Shown piece after piece: positions 13,575-26,599 of a DNA stretch of 64,000 bases. Both the position numbers and the translations under genes were made by a program. Within the stretch, counting starts at the first letter, position 1. Each line of letters starts with the position of its first letter. The notes below the pieces were generated by a model. That model was not told the DNA's origin. It made no database searches and saw only the letters and a program-made list of their open reading frames with translations. Origin of the DNA: Octopus sinensis (lineage: Eukaryota); assembly GCF_006345805.1 (NCBI RefSeq), contig NC_043010.1, forward strand, positions 32,302,001 through 32,366,000. The letters are read 5' to 3'.

Positions 13575-13760
13575 GCAGTGTTTCTACAGCCGGATGCCCT
13601 TCCTAACGCCAACCACTCCGTGAGTGTAGTGGGTGCTTTTAACGTGCTACCTGCACAGGTGCCAGACAAGGCTGGCGAATGGCCACGATTGGATGGTGCT
13701 TTTTACATGCCACCGGCACAGAGGCCAGATGAGGCTGGCAACGGCCACAATCAGATGTCG
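13575..13760 (-). mobile_element. RTE-LINE 3'-tail repeat fragment
   Basis: GTTTCTACAGCCGGATGCCCTTCCTAACGCCAACCACTCC is shared with ~15830, 24630, 43120, 48440 and 51860. Confidence 0.7.
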
Positions 13761-13764
13761 CTTT

Positions 13765-13886
13765 ACATATGTATGTATGAGTATATATATAATGTATGTA
13801 TATATGTATATGTGTATATATATATATATGTATGTATGTATATATGTATATATTTATATATATATATATATGTATGTATATGTATG

Positions 13887-13927
<41 letters not shown>

Positions 13928-13990
13928 ATATATATATGCACATACATATATATATACATACATATATATATACATATATATATATGTATA

Positions 13991-14044
<54 letters not shown>

Positions 14045-14106
14045 GTATGTATATATATGTATATGTATATATATATATGTATATGTATGTATATATATTA
14101 TGTATG

Positions 14107-14139
<33 letters not shown>

Positions 14140-14310
14140 GTATATATATATATGTATGTATATATATATGTATATATATACATATATATGTATATATATG
14201 TATATATATTTTTAATGTATATATATGTGTATATATGTATATATATATATGTATATATGTATATATATATGTGTGTATATATATATATATATTATATATA
14301 TATATATATA
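13765..14310. repeat. Compound (TA)n/(TATG)n microsatellite
   Basis: Directly visible low-complexity tract. Confidence 0.95.
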
Positions 14311-14358
14311 GTAGAAATATGTTACAAAAAGAAAATATAAAATACACGTGGAAATGTA

Positions 14359-14743
14359 AGGGGAAAATATGAAAAATCAACGAAAATGCACATTGTAAAT
14401 AAAAAAAGGCTTTTTATGACAGGTAACGACAAATATATACATTTAGATGGACTGAGGTAGTAATAAAAGTCATAAAAGTCATTATTATGAGATGAATATA
14501 AAGTCAGAAAACAAAGCGAACCATTGTTTCCGCAAAGCTAAGCAATGAATAGCTTTGCGGAAACCATGGTTCGCTTTGTTTTCTGACTTTATTATCATCT
14601 TATAATCATCTCATAATAATGACTTTTATGACTTTTATTACTACCTCAGTCCATCTAAATGTATATATTTGTCGTTACCTGTCATAAATAGCCTTTTTTT
14701 ATTTACAATGTGAATTATCGTTGATTTTTCATATTTTACCCCT
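14359..14743. repeat. Near-perfect long hairpin (arms 14359-14540 and 14550-14743, 9-nt loop)
   Basis: ...TTTCCGCAAAGCTA-AGCAATGAA-TAGCTTTGCGGAAA...; arms pair for ~180 bp with few mismatches and one indel; lies between TA-rich microsatellites; the right arm has the hammerhead 3' half GAAAC-CAUG-GUU. Confidence 0.95.
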
Positions 14744-14748
14744 ATATA

Positions 14749-14791
<43 letters not shown>

Positions 14792-14796
<5 letters not shown>

Positions 14797-14920
14797 GCTG
14801 AAAGACAATGGAGATCTACACATAATATCATGGAAGCTTCTTGAAAATTCAGGCCCCTACGTAAATGAGACTAAGCATTATAAACTGCATAGCCAAACAG
14901 ATGAGGCTACTAAAGAACTC
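14792..14920 (+). pseudogene. Small PLE GIY-YIG C-terminal fragment
   Basis: WQLKDNGDLHIISWKLLENSGPYVNE resembles WELKEKETPPFNVTWSILDRAALYSNG of the 37269 ORF; starts right after (TA)n. Confidence 0.5.
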
Positions 14921-15234
14921 CCTTAACCCAGGGAACATCCTTAATTCCAGGTCAGAAGTCTTTTGACCCTGCATGCTCCTCAGGAAATACCTGCTGGCAG
15001 TCAAAGGGAAACAAGCTCTTGTTATTGTCAGAGTAGCAAAGTCTTTTCTTCTTCCATTTTCTAGAGAGGCCACTTGCTAGAGAAGCCATAGGCCAAGGGT
15101 CTGAAGAAATACTGTAAAGCTAAGCACTTTGTGGATGTGAAACTCAGGGTAACCCGCATCTATCTTTATTTATATACTCTACTGCTCTATAACTTAGAAT
15201 ATGCTTTTTGTTTTGGATTTGTGATTTACTGACG

Positions 15235-15278
<44 letters not shown>

Positions 15279-15299
15279 ATGCGCACATGTGTGTATCTA

Positions 15300-16090
15300 T
15301 TTATATAGAAGGCTGCTGCCTCTGTCTCTTAGAGTGAAAGACATATTGTATGATGTTTGTGTGAAAACAGCTGTGCAACAGGGTAGTGAAATGTGGGCTG
15401 TGAATCCAGAAGATATTTGAAGATCAGAAAGAAATCATCCTAGCATGCTCCACTGGATGAGCAATGTCAATGTGCATGTACAATGAAATTAAAATGTGTT
15501 GGGAGAAAAATTGGGCCTTAGAGGCATCAGATGTAAGAGAGAAGACTGCTCAGGTATCATCATCATCATCATCGTTTAACGTCCGCTTTCCATGCTAGCA
15601 TGGGTTGGACGATTTTGACTGAGGGCTGGTGAACCAGATGGTTGCACCAGTCTCCAATCTTGATTTGGCAGTTTCTACAGCTGGACGATTTTGACTGAGG
15701 GCTGGTGAACCAGATGGTTGCACCAGTCTCCAATCTTGATTTGGCAGAGTTTCTACAGCTGGACGATTTTGACTGAGGGCTGGCGAACCAGATGGTTGCA
15801 TCAGTCTCCAATCTTGATTTGGCAGAGTTTCTACAGCTGGATGCCCTTCCTAATGCCAACCACTCCGAGAGTGTAGTGAGTGCTTTTTACATGCAGATGA
15901 ATAAGGAGAGTTGTATAAAGAAATGCTGATTGCTAAATGTGGATGGAACTTATGGAAGAGGGAGACCTAGGAAGATGTGGGACAAAATAGTGAAGTCTAA
16001 CTTCAGGTAGTTGATCCTCATGGAGAAGATGACAAAATACTGAGATGAATGGTGATTTGCTGTTCTTGAGAAGAGCTATCCATCTCAGTA
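15300..16090 (+). mobile_element. Degraded RTE LINE 3' region interrupted by an opposite-strand RTE tail (~15557-15890)
   Basis: LPLSLRVKDILYDVCVKTAVQQGSEMWAV then GRGRPRKMWD-like frames; homologous to 42440-43310 and 51755-52770. Confidence 0.7.
15607..15842. repeat. Tandem triplication of a 76-78 bp unit inside the RTE tail
   Basis: TGGACGATTTTGACTGAGGGCTGG..AACCAGATGGTTGCA.CAGTCTCCAATCTTGATTTGGCAG(AG)TTTCTACAGC occurs three times; it is single-copy in the homologue at 24660-24745. Confidence 0.92.
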
Positions 16091-18389
16091 AAAAGGAGGT
16101 CCTAGAGGCACATCATTTATATTTATGCCTGTGAAGCCTTTCCAGCCACACCCACCCTTCCCTCACACCACTAACTATGACAGCATTTCTCAGCTACTAT
16201 AATTATATGACAGCAGTATTGTACATGTTCCTTTTCCTTTTTGTATTACCAGTAATTCCTCTTCTTGGAACAACTTCCCCTACCACCCATCCTGTACTCC
16301 CAATATCATCCCTTATCACTGCATGTCCACTGAATGCTCCTTTCCTTTGAACACTCTCTAATATCTGCCATCAATGCCCTTTTTTTCTATCTCACTATAT
16401 CCACCGCTGTCTTCTGTCTCTGTCTACCTCTGTCCTTGTTCCTCTGCACCTTCTCTCTACTCCAAACTTCTTCCTATTTCTCATCTATCAACGCTTTTAT
16501 TATACTGTTGTTCTCCATTTTCATGTATTATCACCAATTACCCTTTGCTCCATGACCCATTCTTATCTTCTTTACATTCCCCCAAACTGAGACTCCCCAT
16601 TGCCCATGATTCCATCAATGACCATCATTGCTTTTGCTTCTGTATTCATTTCTACTGTCTGTTTCTTTCTTTCCTTTCACATTATCACAAACCTACCTCC
16701 CCACTTAGCCTTCCTTGATTCCTTGCCCTATTCTGTTTCTGTCCAACTTCTTGTACTCTGCAAGTACACCCTGATACATCATATTCACCATCATTTCTCT
16801 CTTTCCTACAGGGGTAGCCATGTATCTCTTTTACAGCAAGACACTTGTTCCTGTCCCTCTTTCCTACTTTAGCCTCCCTATACCTAGCAAAAATCACCTC
16901 CCTCAATACTGCACTTCCCCACACACTTTGTAAAGAGGACTTGTCTTGTGAGTTATTTGGTGACATCACTACTGCAGGTGCCAGAAAAATGTTCTCGATT
17001 TACTAAGAAAAGTGGTTGACATCAGCAAAATATTCAACTGTAGAAACCTTACCAGAACCCAAAATAGACATTAGAGACTAATACAGAGCTTAGGCTAGTC
17101 AGATCCTGTTGAACCATCCAACCCATGTTTGCATAGGATATATACATTAAATGATGATCAGGAGGAGGAGGATAATTTCCATTTCTGTTTAATGAGGAAT
17201 TTTTAATTACCAACTGGTTAAAATAGTTTATGTCCCACTAAATGAATTCACCATAGCTTTAAATATAGTTAATTAAAAAGCAGCACCTATTCATCAACAC
17301 TAAAACTTTATAAACAATTGCAATCTTTCTTGTTATTGCGTAGTTTATACAATGGATACTGAAAATAATAAAATGTCCTGTGTTATTGCATGGAATGGAT
17401 GACTACATCACATCTTCTGAGCATGAAAATTGAATACTTGGATATGAAATGCATTTTCCAAGTTTGTTTTCAGCAACTAATTCTAATTAGATTTCCTGTT
17501 GTTGTTTCGTCTCAAGTCTTGTTAGAGCTTACTCATGACATTTCAGTCATGACCATCCCATCATCTTTTATAGCCACAACTACATGGTCATATGTATTTT
17601 TATTCTTTTAAAAACAGTAAAGTGTGATTTTGGAGAGATTTGTCTGCTACTTCTAGCAGGGTAAACAACTGCATGTTGGTTATCTTTGCAGCAGCTACAG
17701 GTGAATAAATATTTGTGAGCCACCCCACAATCTACCTTTCTTTGAGAATCTGTCTCTCTGTCTGTGTCTCTCTGTCTGCCTGCTTGTCAGTCTGCCCATC
17801 TGTCATTCTGTTTTGTTTATTGTTTGTTTATCTGGCTTATTGCATGTCTGCCACTGGATGTAGACAAAAATAAATAACCAAAACAAAAGATCTCTGTCTA
17901 TGCCTCTGATTTCTGTTGTTGCTCCAGTTCTTGTCATTGTTGCATCAACAGCAGTAGAGTTAATGGTGGTGATGGCAATGGTTGTACTACTGCTAGCTAT
18001 AGTAGTGGTAGTAGTAATAGTAGTACATTACTACAACTGTTGAAAACCTCAAAACTTACATGTCTGTTTTCCACCTTATTACTATCTCTACTACTGCCGG
18101 TATCTTTCAGATACAGTTCACTTCATCATTTCAACTAGAACATTCCTTCACTACCACCACCCCTTACTTCCTTCTGAAAATTCTGATATATATATACATA
18201 TATAGATGAATGTATGTGTATGGATATATGTGTATGAATGTATGTGTATGCTTACATACACATATATACATATATGTGTGTCTTTCTCTCTATATATATG
18301 CATGCATGTATGTACATTTGTATATGTGACAAACACATTTATGATATATATGTGTGTATATGCAAATATGCATGTGTACACACAGATAC

Positions 18390-18424
<35 letters not shown>

Positions 18425-18672
18425 TATGTATATACATGTATATATGCATATACACACACATATACATATATGCAAATAAATAAAAGTACATTTAAATATA
18501 TATGCATATATGTGTATGCGTGTGTGTGTGCTCATGTGTGTGTGTTTAACTTTGTATTTGTGACAGTTCTCCACTGACAGCATGGTCTGACATATTGGCA
18601 AAAATATCCAGGAGATACTAGAAAAGTTTTGTGTCAATCTTTCCCTGGGCTGTCTTGTTTAATTTTTTATCA

Positions 18673-18709
<37 letters not shown>

Positions 18710-18806
18710 TTACTAACAATGCCACCACCACCACAACCATCATCATCATCAACATTCAAAAATGACATGCTAACTGATCAAATGCCATTCTTAGTAAGTA
18801 CATGTA

Positions 18807-20071
18807 CAGGGGTTGGACAAAATAATGGAAACACCTTAAAATTTCAAACAAATTTATTTTAATATGGGATAGAACTGCTTTTGGAAGTAATTACAACATG
18901 AATTCTATGAGGTATGGACTCATACAAAGTTTGAATTGTTTCCATAGGAATTTTTGTCCATTCTTCAGCTAAAACAGTCTCCAGTTCATGTAGTGATGAT
19001 GGTGGAGGATATCGACTCCTTACTTGTTTTTCTAAAATGCACCATAAATGTTCAATAATATTGAGATCTGGGGACTGTGGTGGCCAGATAAGATGTTCAA
19101 CTTCACTCAAATATTTCTTGTGCCATTCAGTAACAACTTTAGCTGTGTGAATTGGTGCATTATCATCCTGAAAGATTGAGTTTCCTTTTGGAAACAGTTC
19201 CGCAACCATAGGATGAATTTGATTAGATAAAATGCTTGAATAGTCTTGACTATTAATTCTGCCATAAAGGGAAACTATTAGGTGAGTAGATTTTCAAGAT
19301 ATATCCCCCCAGGTCTTCACAGATCCTCTTCCATGTTTAACAGTTGGAAGAAGGCAGTCTGAGTCAAATGCTTCTTTCGGCTGTCTCCACATGTATACTC
19401 GGCTGGTGGTCAGAAATAAGATCAAAGATGACTTGTCTGAGAAAATGACATTCTTCAACTGCTCCATGGACCAATTCTGTAGGTTTTTACTCCATTTTAA
19501 ATGCTTTGCAACGTTTGTTTTTGAAAGTAGTGGTTTTCTGATTGCAGCCATCCCATTAAATCCAGCTTTGTGCAGCTCCTGGTGAACAGCTTTTTGTGGA
19601 AACTGCGTTCTTGAGGTGATCATTAAGCTCTGCAGTAATTTTGGGAGTTGTACTTTTGTGATCCTTTCTAAAAATTTGTGTATGAGTCCGACAGTCCCTA
19701 TCTGGAAGTTTTGGTTTTCTGCCGGAATTTTGTTTTGACGAGGAGGTTTTTCTATCTTTCTCGAAGGCTGTCATTACTTTTGAGACAGTACTTCTTGATA
19801 CACCAAACATTTCGACTTTTTTCATTACACTAGTGCCTGCCATACAAGCACCAACAATTTGAAAGTCTGATAGATTTGTCATTTTAATGAATTTTAATTA
19901 CCTTTCTCTGGTGATATCTGAAAAGAAACAGCAATTTTAGCAAAACATATTAAGCAACACTAATAATAAATCAAAAAACACAAAAATAAACAAGCTTTTG
20001 ACGGTTTTATAGATATTTCAAAATTATGATGCTATGAATGTAGTTATTTCCATTATTTTGTCCAACCCATG
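18807..20071 (-). mobile_element. Full-length Tc1/mariner-superfamily transposon (1265 bp), DD36E spacing
   Basis: TIR CAGGGGTTGGACAAAATAATGGAAA matches the reverse complement of the right end at 24/25; TA duplication at 18805-06 and 20072-73. Confidence 0.93.
18859..19882 (-). pseudogene. Disrupted Tc1-like transposase
   Basis: HTH (FGVSRSTVSKV), SGRKPKL, AIRKPLL, VIFSDKS and IFQDDNAPIH...WPPQSPDLNIIEHLW, split over three ORFs. Confidence 0.92.
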
Positions 20072-20206
20072 TATATATGTATGTGTATAGATGTATACAC
20101 GTACACATCTATATGTTTTTGTATACATACATACATACATACATACATACTTACATATATATATATATATATTATATTAAATTAGAGCTAAAACTACTAT
20201 ATATTA

Positions 20207-20256
<50 letters not shown>

Positions 20257-21554
20257 GTGTTCATGTATATTTGTATTTGTTATATGTATGTGCGTGTGTA
20301 TCTGTATGTGTGTGTGTATGTATTAATGTTTGTTTTTATGCTCACTTATAATAATAATTTTACATTAATCTGATGGGCTACATTTGTAGCATACAAATTT
20401 ATTATTTTTACACAAGAATGTTGTTGACAGTGAATTTGAAGTTTTGGTCAGCTAAACCATTTGATGATGGCTTACTGACCAAAACTTTGAAGCTGCTGTC
20501 AACAACATTCTTGTTTAAGAATAATATATGTGTGTGTGTTTGCATGTATGTGTATTTGTATGTATATATGCATATGATCAGATGGATGGGTAAATCAGTG
20601 TGCACATACAACAAAGTGTAAGTGATTTAAGAGAAAAATAGGATATAAGAGGCATCAAATGTTGTGTGCAAGAGAGAAGACCACACTGGTGTGGTCTTGT
20701 GAAGCATATTGATGAGGACAGCTGAATATAGAAGCGCCAATCTCTAAGAGAGGAGGGAAACTGTGGAAGGGGTAGACCCAGGAAGATGTGGCAAGAAGTG
20801 TTGAGAAATGATCTTCACTGGGGCTGTGCCTGAGATGTTGCATCAAGCTAAGTAAAACCATGACCATCCATACATACAGGCATGTCATCCACAGCCAGCA
20901 CCCCTCCCCCTTGCACACATATTTCTGTGCTCTGTCAATTCCCCCTCCTCGCAAACCATCTTCCCCATACCCCCATCACTTAATGCAGCCCCCGCCCTCC
21001 ACTGTCCCTCATGTACCTATCCACACACTCTCCATGATCTTACATATCTACCATACTCCATCCCAGCCAATTCCAATTCCTCTCAGCACCACCTGCTAAC
21101 ATCTACTATATCCCCTCTACACCACTCCTTTCAACATCACTTTCTATCTCTAATCGGCTCCCCTCCCACTCTTATGGAACATCCCCTATATTCTCTCTTT
21201 ACTACTTATACTCCTCCACCCATTGTTCCCTGTGGGTGGGCCATCTCTCTCTCTCTCTCTTACTCTGATTGTCTCTCTATATATCTCTCTCTCTCCCTAA
21301 CTCCCTCCCATCTTCCTCTCCTTCCTTGTCCTACTGAGATACCCAAGTATCTTCTCTGTTAGTAAGAGGGCTATTTCTGTTATTCTTTTATACTCTAATC
21401 CCAAGCATGGCATAAAGCCACTTCTATCAGTTCCACTCCCTCTCTCAGCTGAGAAGTCTTCGTCTTGCAAGTTACTTCATGACCCTGTGTGTGCTGGTGC
21501 CACATAAAAAACATCCATGTTGGATATCCTTGTTACTTATTTTGAGTATATATC

Positions 21555-21945
21555 TCTTTTACTCTTTTACTTGTTTCAGTCATTTGACTGCGGCCATGCT
21601 GGAGCACCGCCTTTAATTGAGCAACTCAACCCCGGGATTTATTCTTTTGTAAGCCCAGTGCTTATTCTATCGGTCTCTTTTGCCGAACTGCTAAGTAACA
21701 GGGACATAAACACACCAGCATCAGTTGTCAAGCAATGCTAGGGGGACAAACACAGACACACAAACACACACACGCATATATATATATACGACGGGCTTCT
21801 TTCAGTTTCCGTCTACCAAATCCACTCACAAGGCTTTGGTCAGCCCGAGGCTATAGTAGAAGACACTTGCCCAAGGTGCCATGCATTAGGACTGAACCCG
21901 GAACCATGTGGTTGGTAAACAAGCTACTTACCACACAGCCACTCC
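21555..21945 (-). mobile_element. tRNA-derived SINE (dominant family) with internal (CA)/(TA) tract
   Basis: Reverse complement of 30871-31294; partial copies at ~24280, 31350, 33180, 44200, 45590 and 51550. Confidence 0.88.
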
Positions 21946-21960
21946 ATATATATATATTTA

Positions 21961-22545
21961 CACTCTGGCCAAAATAAGTGAAAGACCAATGATGACAGTT
22001 CTATTCCTTCATTAATTTTTTTCAAATAAAACTATATGAGATTATTTTACTTTTTACAGTTTAAGTAGAATTTTTTTGCTCTTTCAAATGATACAGGTGT
22101 TATAAATCCTTCTACAATTCAAATAATTTTAATTCACAATTAATTCAAATGATTAAAACTTGTCAGCAAAATAAATTTAAGACTGTAACAAATTATTTTG
22201 TTTAAATTGAAAATTTATGGCACAAATGATCAATAAACAAAAATGTATTATTAGTCCCAGAGCCATTATTTTCAATTACGGCTTTACAATGGTGGGAACA
22301 TGAAATTTGACAAATGCACGCAAAAATCGGTTGGCCTGTTCTGCCATATTTCTTCGATAAAATTATATAATTGGAGCAAATTTGTTAGTTTTTTAGCATG
22401 AACTCTTTTAGAAACATAATTCCATAAATTTTCTATTGGATTCAAATCTGGGCTCTGCAGAGGCCACTCAGTAACCACTATATTATTGCACTCAAAATAT
22501 TGCAAAACTTTCCTAGCCTTATGAACGGGGCAATTGTGAGTCATT
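21961..22545 (-). pseudogene. Tc1 transposase C-terminal relic (DD34E-like spacing) with one putative TIR
   Basis: NCPVHKARKVLQYF...WPLQSPDLNPIENLW; TA-CACTCTGGCCAAAATAAG terminus at 21959. Confidence 0.75.
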
Positions 22546-23534
22546 CATGAACTGCATTGCATATCTTCAACCAAAACTGATGGATCCCATCTGGGCTGGG
22601 AATTTGCCAGTTTGGTTCCTTAGCCACTTGATCCTTCACTTCACAGTAAGATTTCTTTGTCTATTTCCTCCTCACAATTCTGTCTTGATGATTTATATCC
22701 ACTTAGTATCTTTTCTGGCATTTCCTCATTCCAGAACACTCTGGCCTGGTGAGCATTAGGAACAGCATCCGTCCCACAGTCTCATTCAAAAATGTAGGAG
22801 AATTGTTTTTAAGTTATTTGGAATAATATATTCTTCTCAAACTTTTTATTTCTGTTCACACATCTTCTTATCTTCTGGCTTTACATCAAAATCTTGTTTT
22901 AATTGTTCCATCAATGTATAAAATCCATTGTTCCATAGTTTGTTTCTTGTCTGATGTCTCCTGATCAGCCTTTTCCCCATTTTCCCTTTCTCCCTATAAG
23001 CCATTGCTCAATTTTACTTAAATCTTGTCTTGACCACATTATGTCATTTCCTATGCATCACTTACATCATGGTTCTTTTTTGCCTTACCCTGTTTCAGTC
23101 AGTTGTAATTTCTCCTCAACAAATACAGCAATAGCTTGGATAAGATTCCTTGCATTACGTCCCCTATCTGAATATGTGGTATAACTGTATTCATCTTTTT
23201 TATAATTTCATATATCATAGTCCTATCAACCCTTTTCATATTCATTGGGATTTTTCATGAGCATTCATCAAATCAACTATCCATCTTTGTAATTCAAGCA
23301 ATTCCTCATCTAATTGGCTCCCTCCACTGCAGTTCATTATTATTTGTTAGCACAACGGACAGAATGCTTATGGGTATTTAATCTGCATTTACATTCTGGG
23401 TTCAAATTCCACTGAGGTCAACTTTGTCTTTCATCCTTTTAAGCTCAATAAAATAAGAGCCACTCATGTGGTTGCAAAATCAACTAGCTCCCTCCCCCAG
23501 AAATTCAGGCCTATAATAGAAAGGATAATTATCT

Positions 23535-23571
23535 TCGTCGTCGTTGTTGTTGTCATCATCATCATCATCAA

Positions 23572-23615
<44 letters not shown>

Positions 23616-23725
23616 CCACCACCACCACCACCACCACCACACCATCACCACCACCACCACTACCACCACCACCACCGACATCATCATCATCAACATTATC
23701 ATCATCATCATCATCATCATCATTT
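23535..23725. repeat. (CAT)n/(CAC)n trinucleotide tract
   Basis: Directly visible. Confidence 0.93.
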
Positions 23726-24284
23726 TATTATTGTTATTACTACTATGACCTGTTTTATTTCCAGCTTTATTGTTCATTAAACTTTGGATTAAACTGGACA
23801 TTATTACATAAGTTTGTCACTCCAAGATTCTTTTGGTAAGTAAATCATTTTTATTTTAAAATAATATTCTTATTTCCTTGAATTTTTTATTTCGTATTTT
23901 TAAGTCAGAAGTGAAGGCAATGTTCAAAATGTGTTATAGAGTATTCAAGACTGATGGAAGGGCAGTAGGAGAGTGTCCTTAAACTGGAAACTTGGTCCAA
24001 AATTCTTGCAACAGAGTGGACTCCACTAAAGGCACATATGGAACTACTAGGTGGTGGTATTAATCTGGAGTGTTGAATAAAGTCTAGCATTCAGGAAGGT
24101 CCTGGCAGGATTTGAATTCAGAATGAAAACAGCTGGAATAAACACAGTAAGCTATCTGGTCCAATGTTCCACCAACCCACTACCTTGGACTGGTACCTTT
24201 TTAACGTCTCTTAAAGGATGAAAGGCCAAGGGGACTTTTGATTTTTATAGGATTTGAACACAGAGTGTTTGCTCCCCCCCTCCA

Positions 24285-24800
24285 ACATCACTTGACAACT
24301 GATGCGGGTGTGTTTACATCCCCGTAATTTAGTGGTTCAGCAAAAGAAACCGATAGAATAAGTACTAGGCTTACAAAAGAATAAGTCCTGTGATCGATTT
24401 GCTTGACTAAAGGTGGTGCTCCAGTATGGCCGCAGTCAAATGACTGAAACAAATGAAAAAAAGAATGAAAAAAAAGAGTGGCATGTAAAAGGCACCATTC
24501 GAGCATGATCATTACCAGGATCGCCTTACTGGCACCTGTGTCGGTGGCATGTGTAAAAAGATTCTAGCATGGTCGTTGCCAGTACCACCTGACTGGCCCC
24601 GTGCCGGTGGCACGTAAAAGCACCCACTACACTCTCGGAGTGGTTGGCATTAGGAAGGGCATCCAACTGTAGAAACTCTGCCAGATCAAGATTAGAGCCT
24701 GGTGCAGCTGTCTGGTTCGCCAGCCCTCAGTCAAAATCGTCCAACCCATGCTAGTATGGAAAGCGGACTTTTAAACGATGATGATGATGATGATGATGAT
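24285..24800 (+). mobile_element. SINE 3' half followed by an RTE 3' tail ending in (GAT)n
   Basis: Matches 31110-31270 and the reverse complement of 15560-15890. Confidence 0.75.
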
Positions 24801-25856
24801 ATTTAGCTGCATCTCATTAAGTTTTTCAAGCAAATCACAAGGCCATCTCTACATTTCATCTGCCCATGGCCAATGAAATGAAAAACTAGATCCAATTTAA
24901 ATGACTAACCTCTCCCCCAAATTTCAGGCTTTGTGCCTATATTAGAAAGAATTATCATTGCTTTTGTAGTTAATGTTATTGATGTTAACTCAACAACTCA
25001 ACATCGCCATTAGTATTATAATTATTACTTAATCTTTGTTATGTTGCTCATTCTCTTCCTCAGCCTTCATCACACGGTCTATAACTTCATTTTCTCTACT
25101 GCACTTTTTAACCTCCATTAAAACAGAAGACAGATGCTTGTTAGGAGAAGGTCGATGTTTACTATGTTTTCTATCTATTTTCAGTCATATATCAATTCAT
25201 TTTTCACCTGCCATTATTCTTTTGTAGTTAGTTCTATAATCCTGCACTAGATATTTCTTTAATGACTTCCTAATTCCTGTACATCCCTTTTGTTTGTGTA
25301 TGGTAAATATAATCTCTGAATTTCTGCTTCAGGCATGTGGCACTCTAAATACTGTGATTATCTTTCTATATATTCTGCTATCTTTTATTACACCTCTGTC
25401 TATCAACAGTTATTACTGCTATTGTTACAATTATTGAACTAGTTAACCTCATCTTTCTATCGAGACTGATGCTGTGATTCATCTTCTTAGCTGCCATAAT
25501 AATGTCTAAGTATGTATGCATGCATGTATATGTATGTACATATGTATGTGTATGTATGTGCATATGTGTACGTAATGTGTGCATGTGAATATATGTATGT
25601 GTGTATATATATATATATATGTATACATAGGTATGCAAGTATGAGTGAGCTAAAAGTTATTTGAGTATACACTTGTTTACATATATGTATGTATGCAGAT
25701 ACACACACACGCATACATGCACACATATAAATTAGTCTATCAATGGTGTCTATGCATTAATTATGATACATAGATGCCTATTTTCATTTAATACTGCCTC
25801 AGATGCACAACTCAGACTTTTATTCAGCCAAGTGGCTATTCACTACATTAGTGACT

Positions 25857-25923
25857 GTTTCTTATATGGGTACGTTTCTTATATGGGTACGTTTCTTATA
25901 TGGGTACGTTTCTTATATGGGTA
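25857..25923. repeat. Perfect 17-bp minisatellite x4
   Basis: GTTTCTTATATGGGTAC repeated with no spacers; the last unit is 16 bp. Confidence 0.95.
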
Positions 25924-26070
25924 GATGATGATTAATTGTCCAGTCATGTGCCGCAAGCACCTGTCATTGAAAAGGCCTAAAAGGAATGAAATGCCTGTAG
26001 TATTTTCATTGGACACTACATCAGAGGTATTTTTCATCTACCTCTGATGCATATTGTTTTTGTAACACAG

Positions 26071-26126
26071 TATGTCTACAAGAGATATTATCTGAGGATG
26101 ACTACTGCAGTAACTAGAACTTTGAG
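26071..26126 (+). CDS. Candidate host-gene exon A (YVYKRYYLRMTTAVTRTL-R)
   Basis: ctgat...ttgtttttgtaacacag acceptor and AG|gtatct donor; open frame ends in phase 2, compatible with exon B. Confidence 0.4.
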
Positions 26127-26456
26127 GTATCTCTATACATTAGGTATCATACATAGATGGCTATATGCATGCATGTATGCACATGCCCATGAACACGTGT
26201 GCACACACACACACACGCACAAAGTAAACATAGATGGCATTTAAAATTTAGAACAGCTGTTTCAGTAGAATTTTATTTAATGTAATTGTAAAAGATAATA
26301 TCATAATATACAACCCACCATCACCAGGTAAAATTTTAAATAGGCAATTTTAAATGGCTATGTTCAGACTATGTCCATTTCTTGGCTATGTGATCATACC
26401 TAACCATTTCTGGTGTCTTGTTTATGTGTCTTGATTCTTAAGAATTGCATATAGAT

Positions 26457-26487
<31 letters not shown>

Positions 26488-26599
26488 CTTACATTAAGGG
26501 TATTACTATACATAAATGCCTCATGCTAGGAGGGACTCTTAAAGTCAAAACTACCATAATAAATAAACACATTGTACCAAACTCTGCTGTAATTGTCTT

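Noticed and set aside
10639-14380. Long ORFs of MYVC/YIHT/YI repeats (also at 7545, 18151, 50105 etc.)
   Set aside because: They are stop-free translations of (TATG)n/(TA)n microsatellites with no protein signal.
20457-20500. UUGAUGA-UGG...CCA-AAAC hammerhead-like match
   Set aside because: C3 and G12 are missing and helix I does not form; too decayed to call.
23468-23839. Poly-His/Ser/Ile ORFs here and at 61311-61827
   Set aside because: They are translations of (CAT)n/(CAC)n tracts, open in several frames.
25857-25923. CRISPR-like appearance of short repeats (also 15607-15842)
   Set aside because: There are no unique spacers or cas genes, and the context is eukaryotic.
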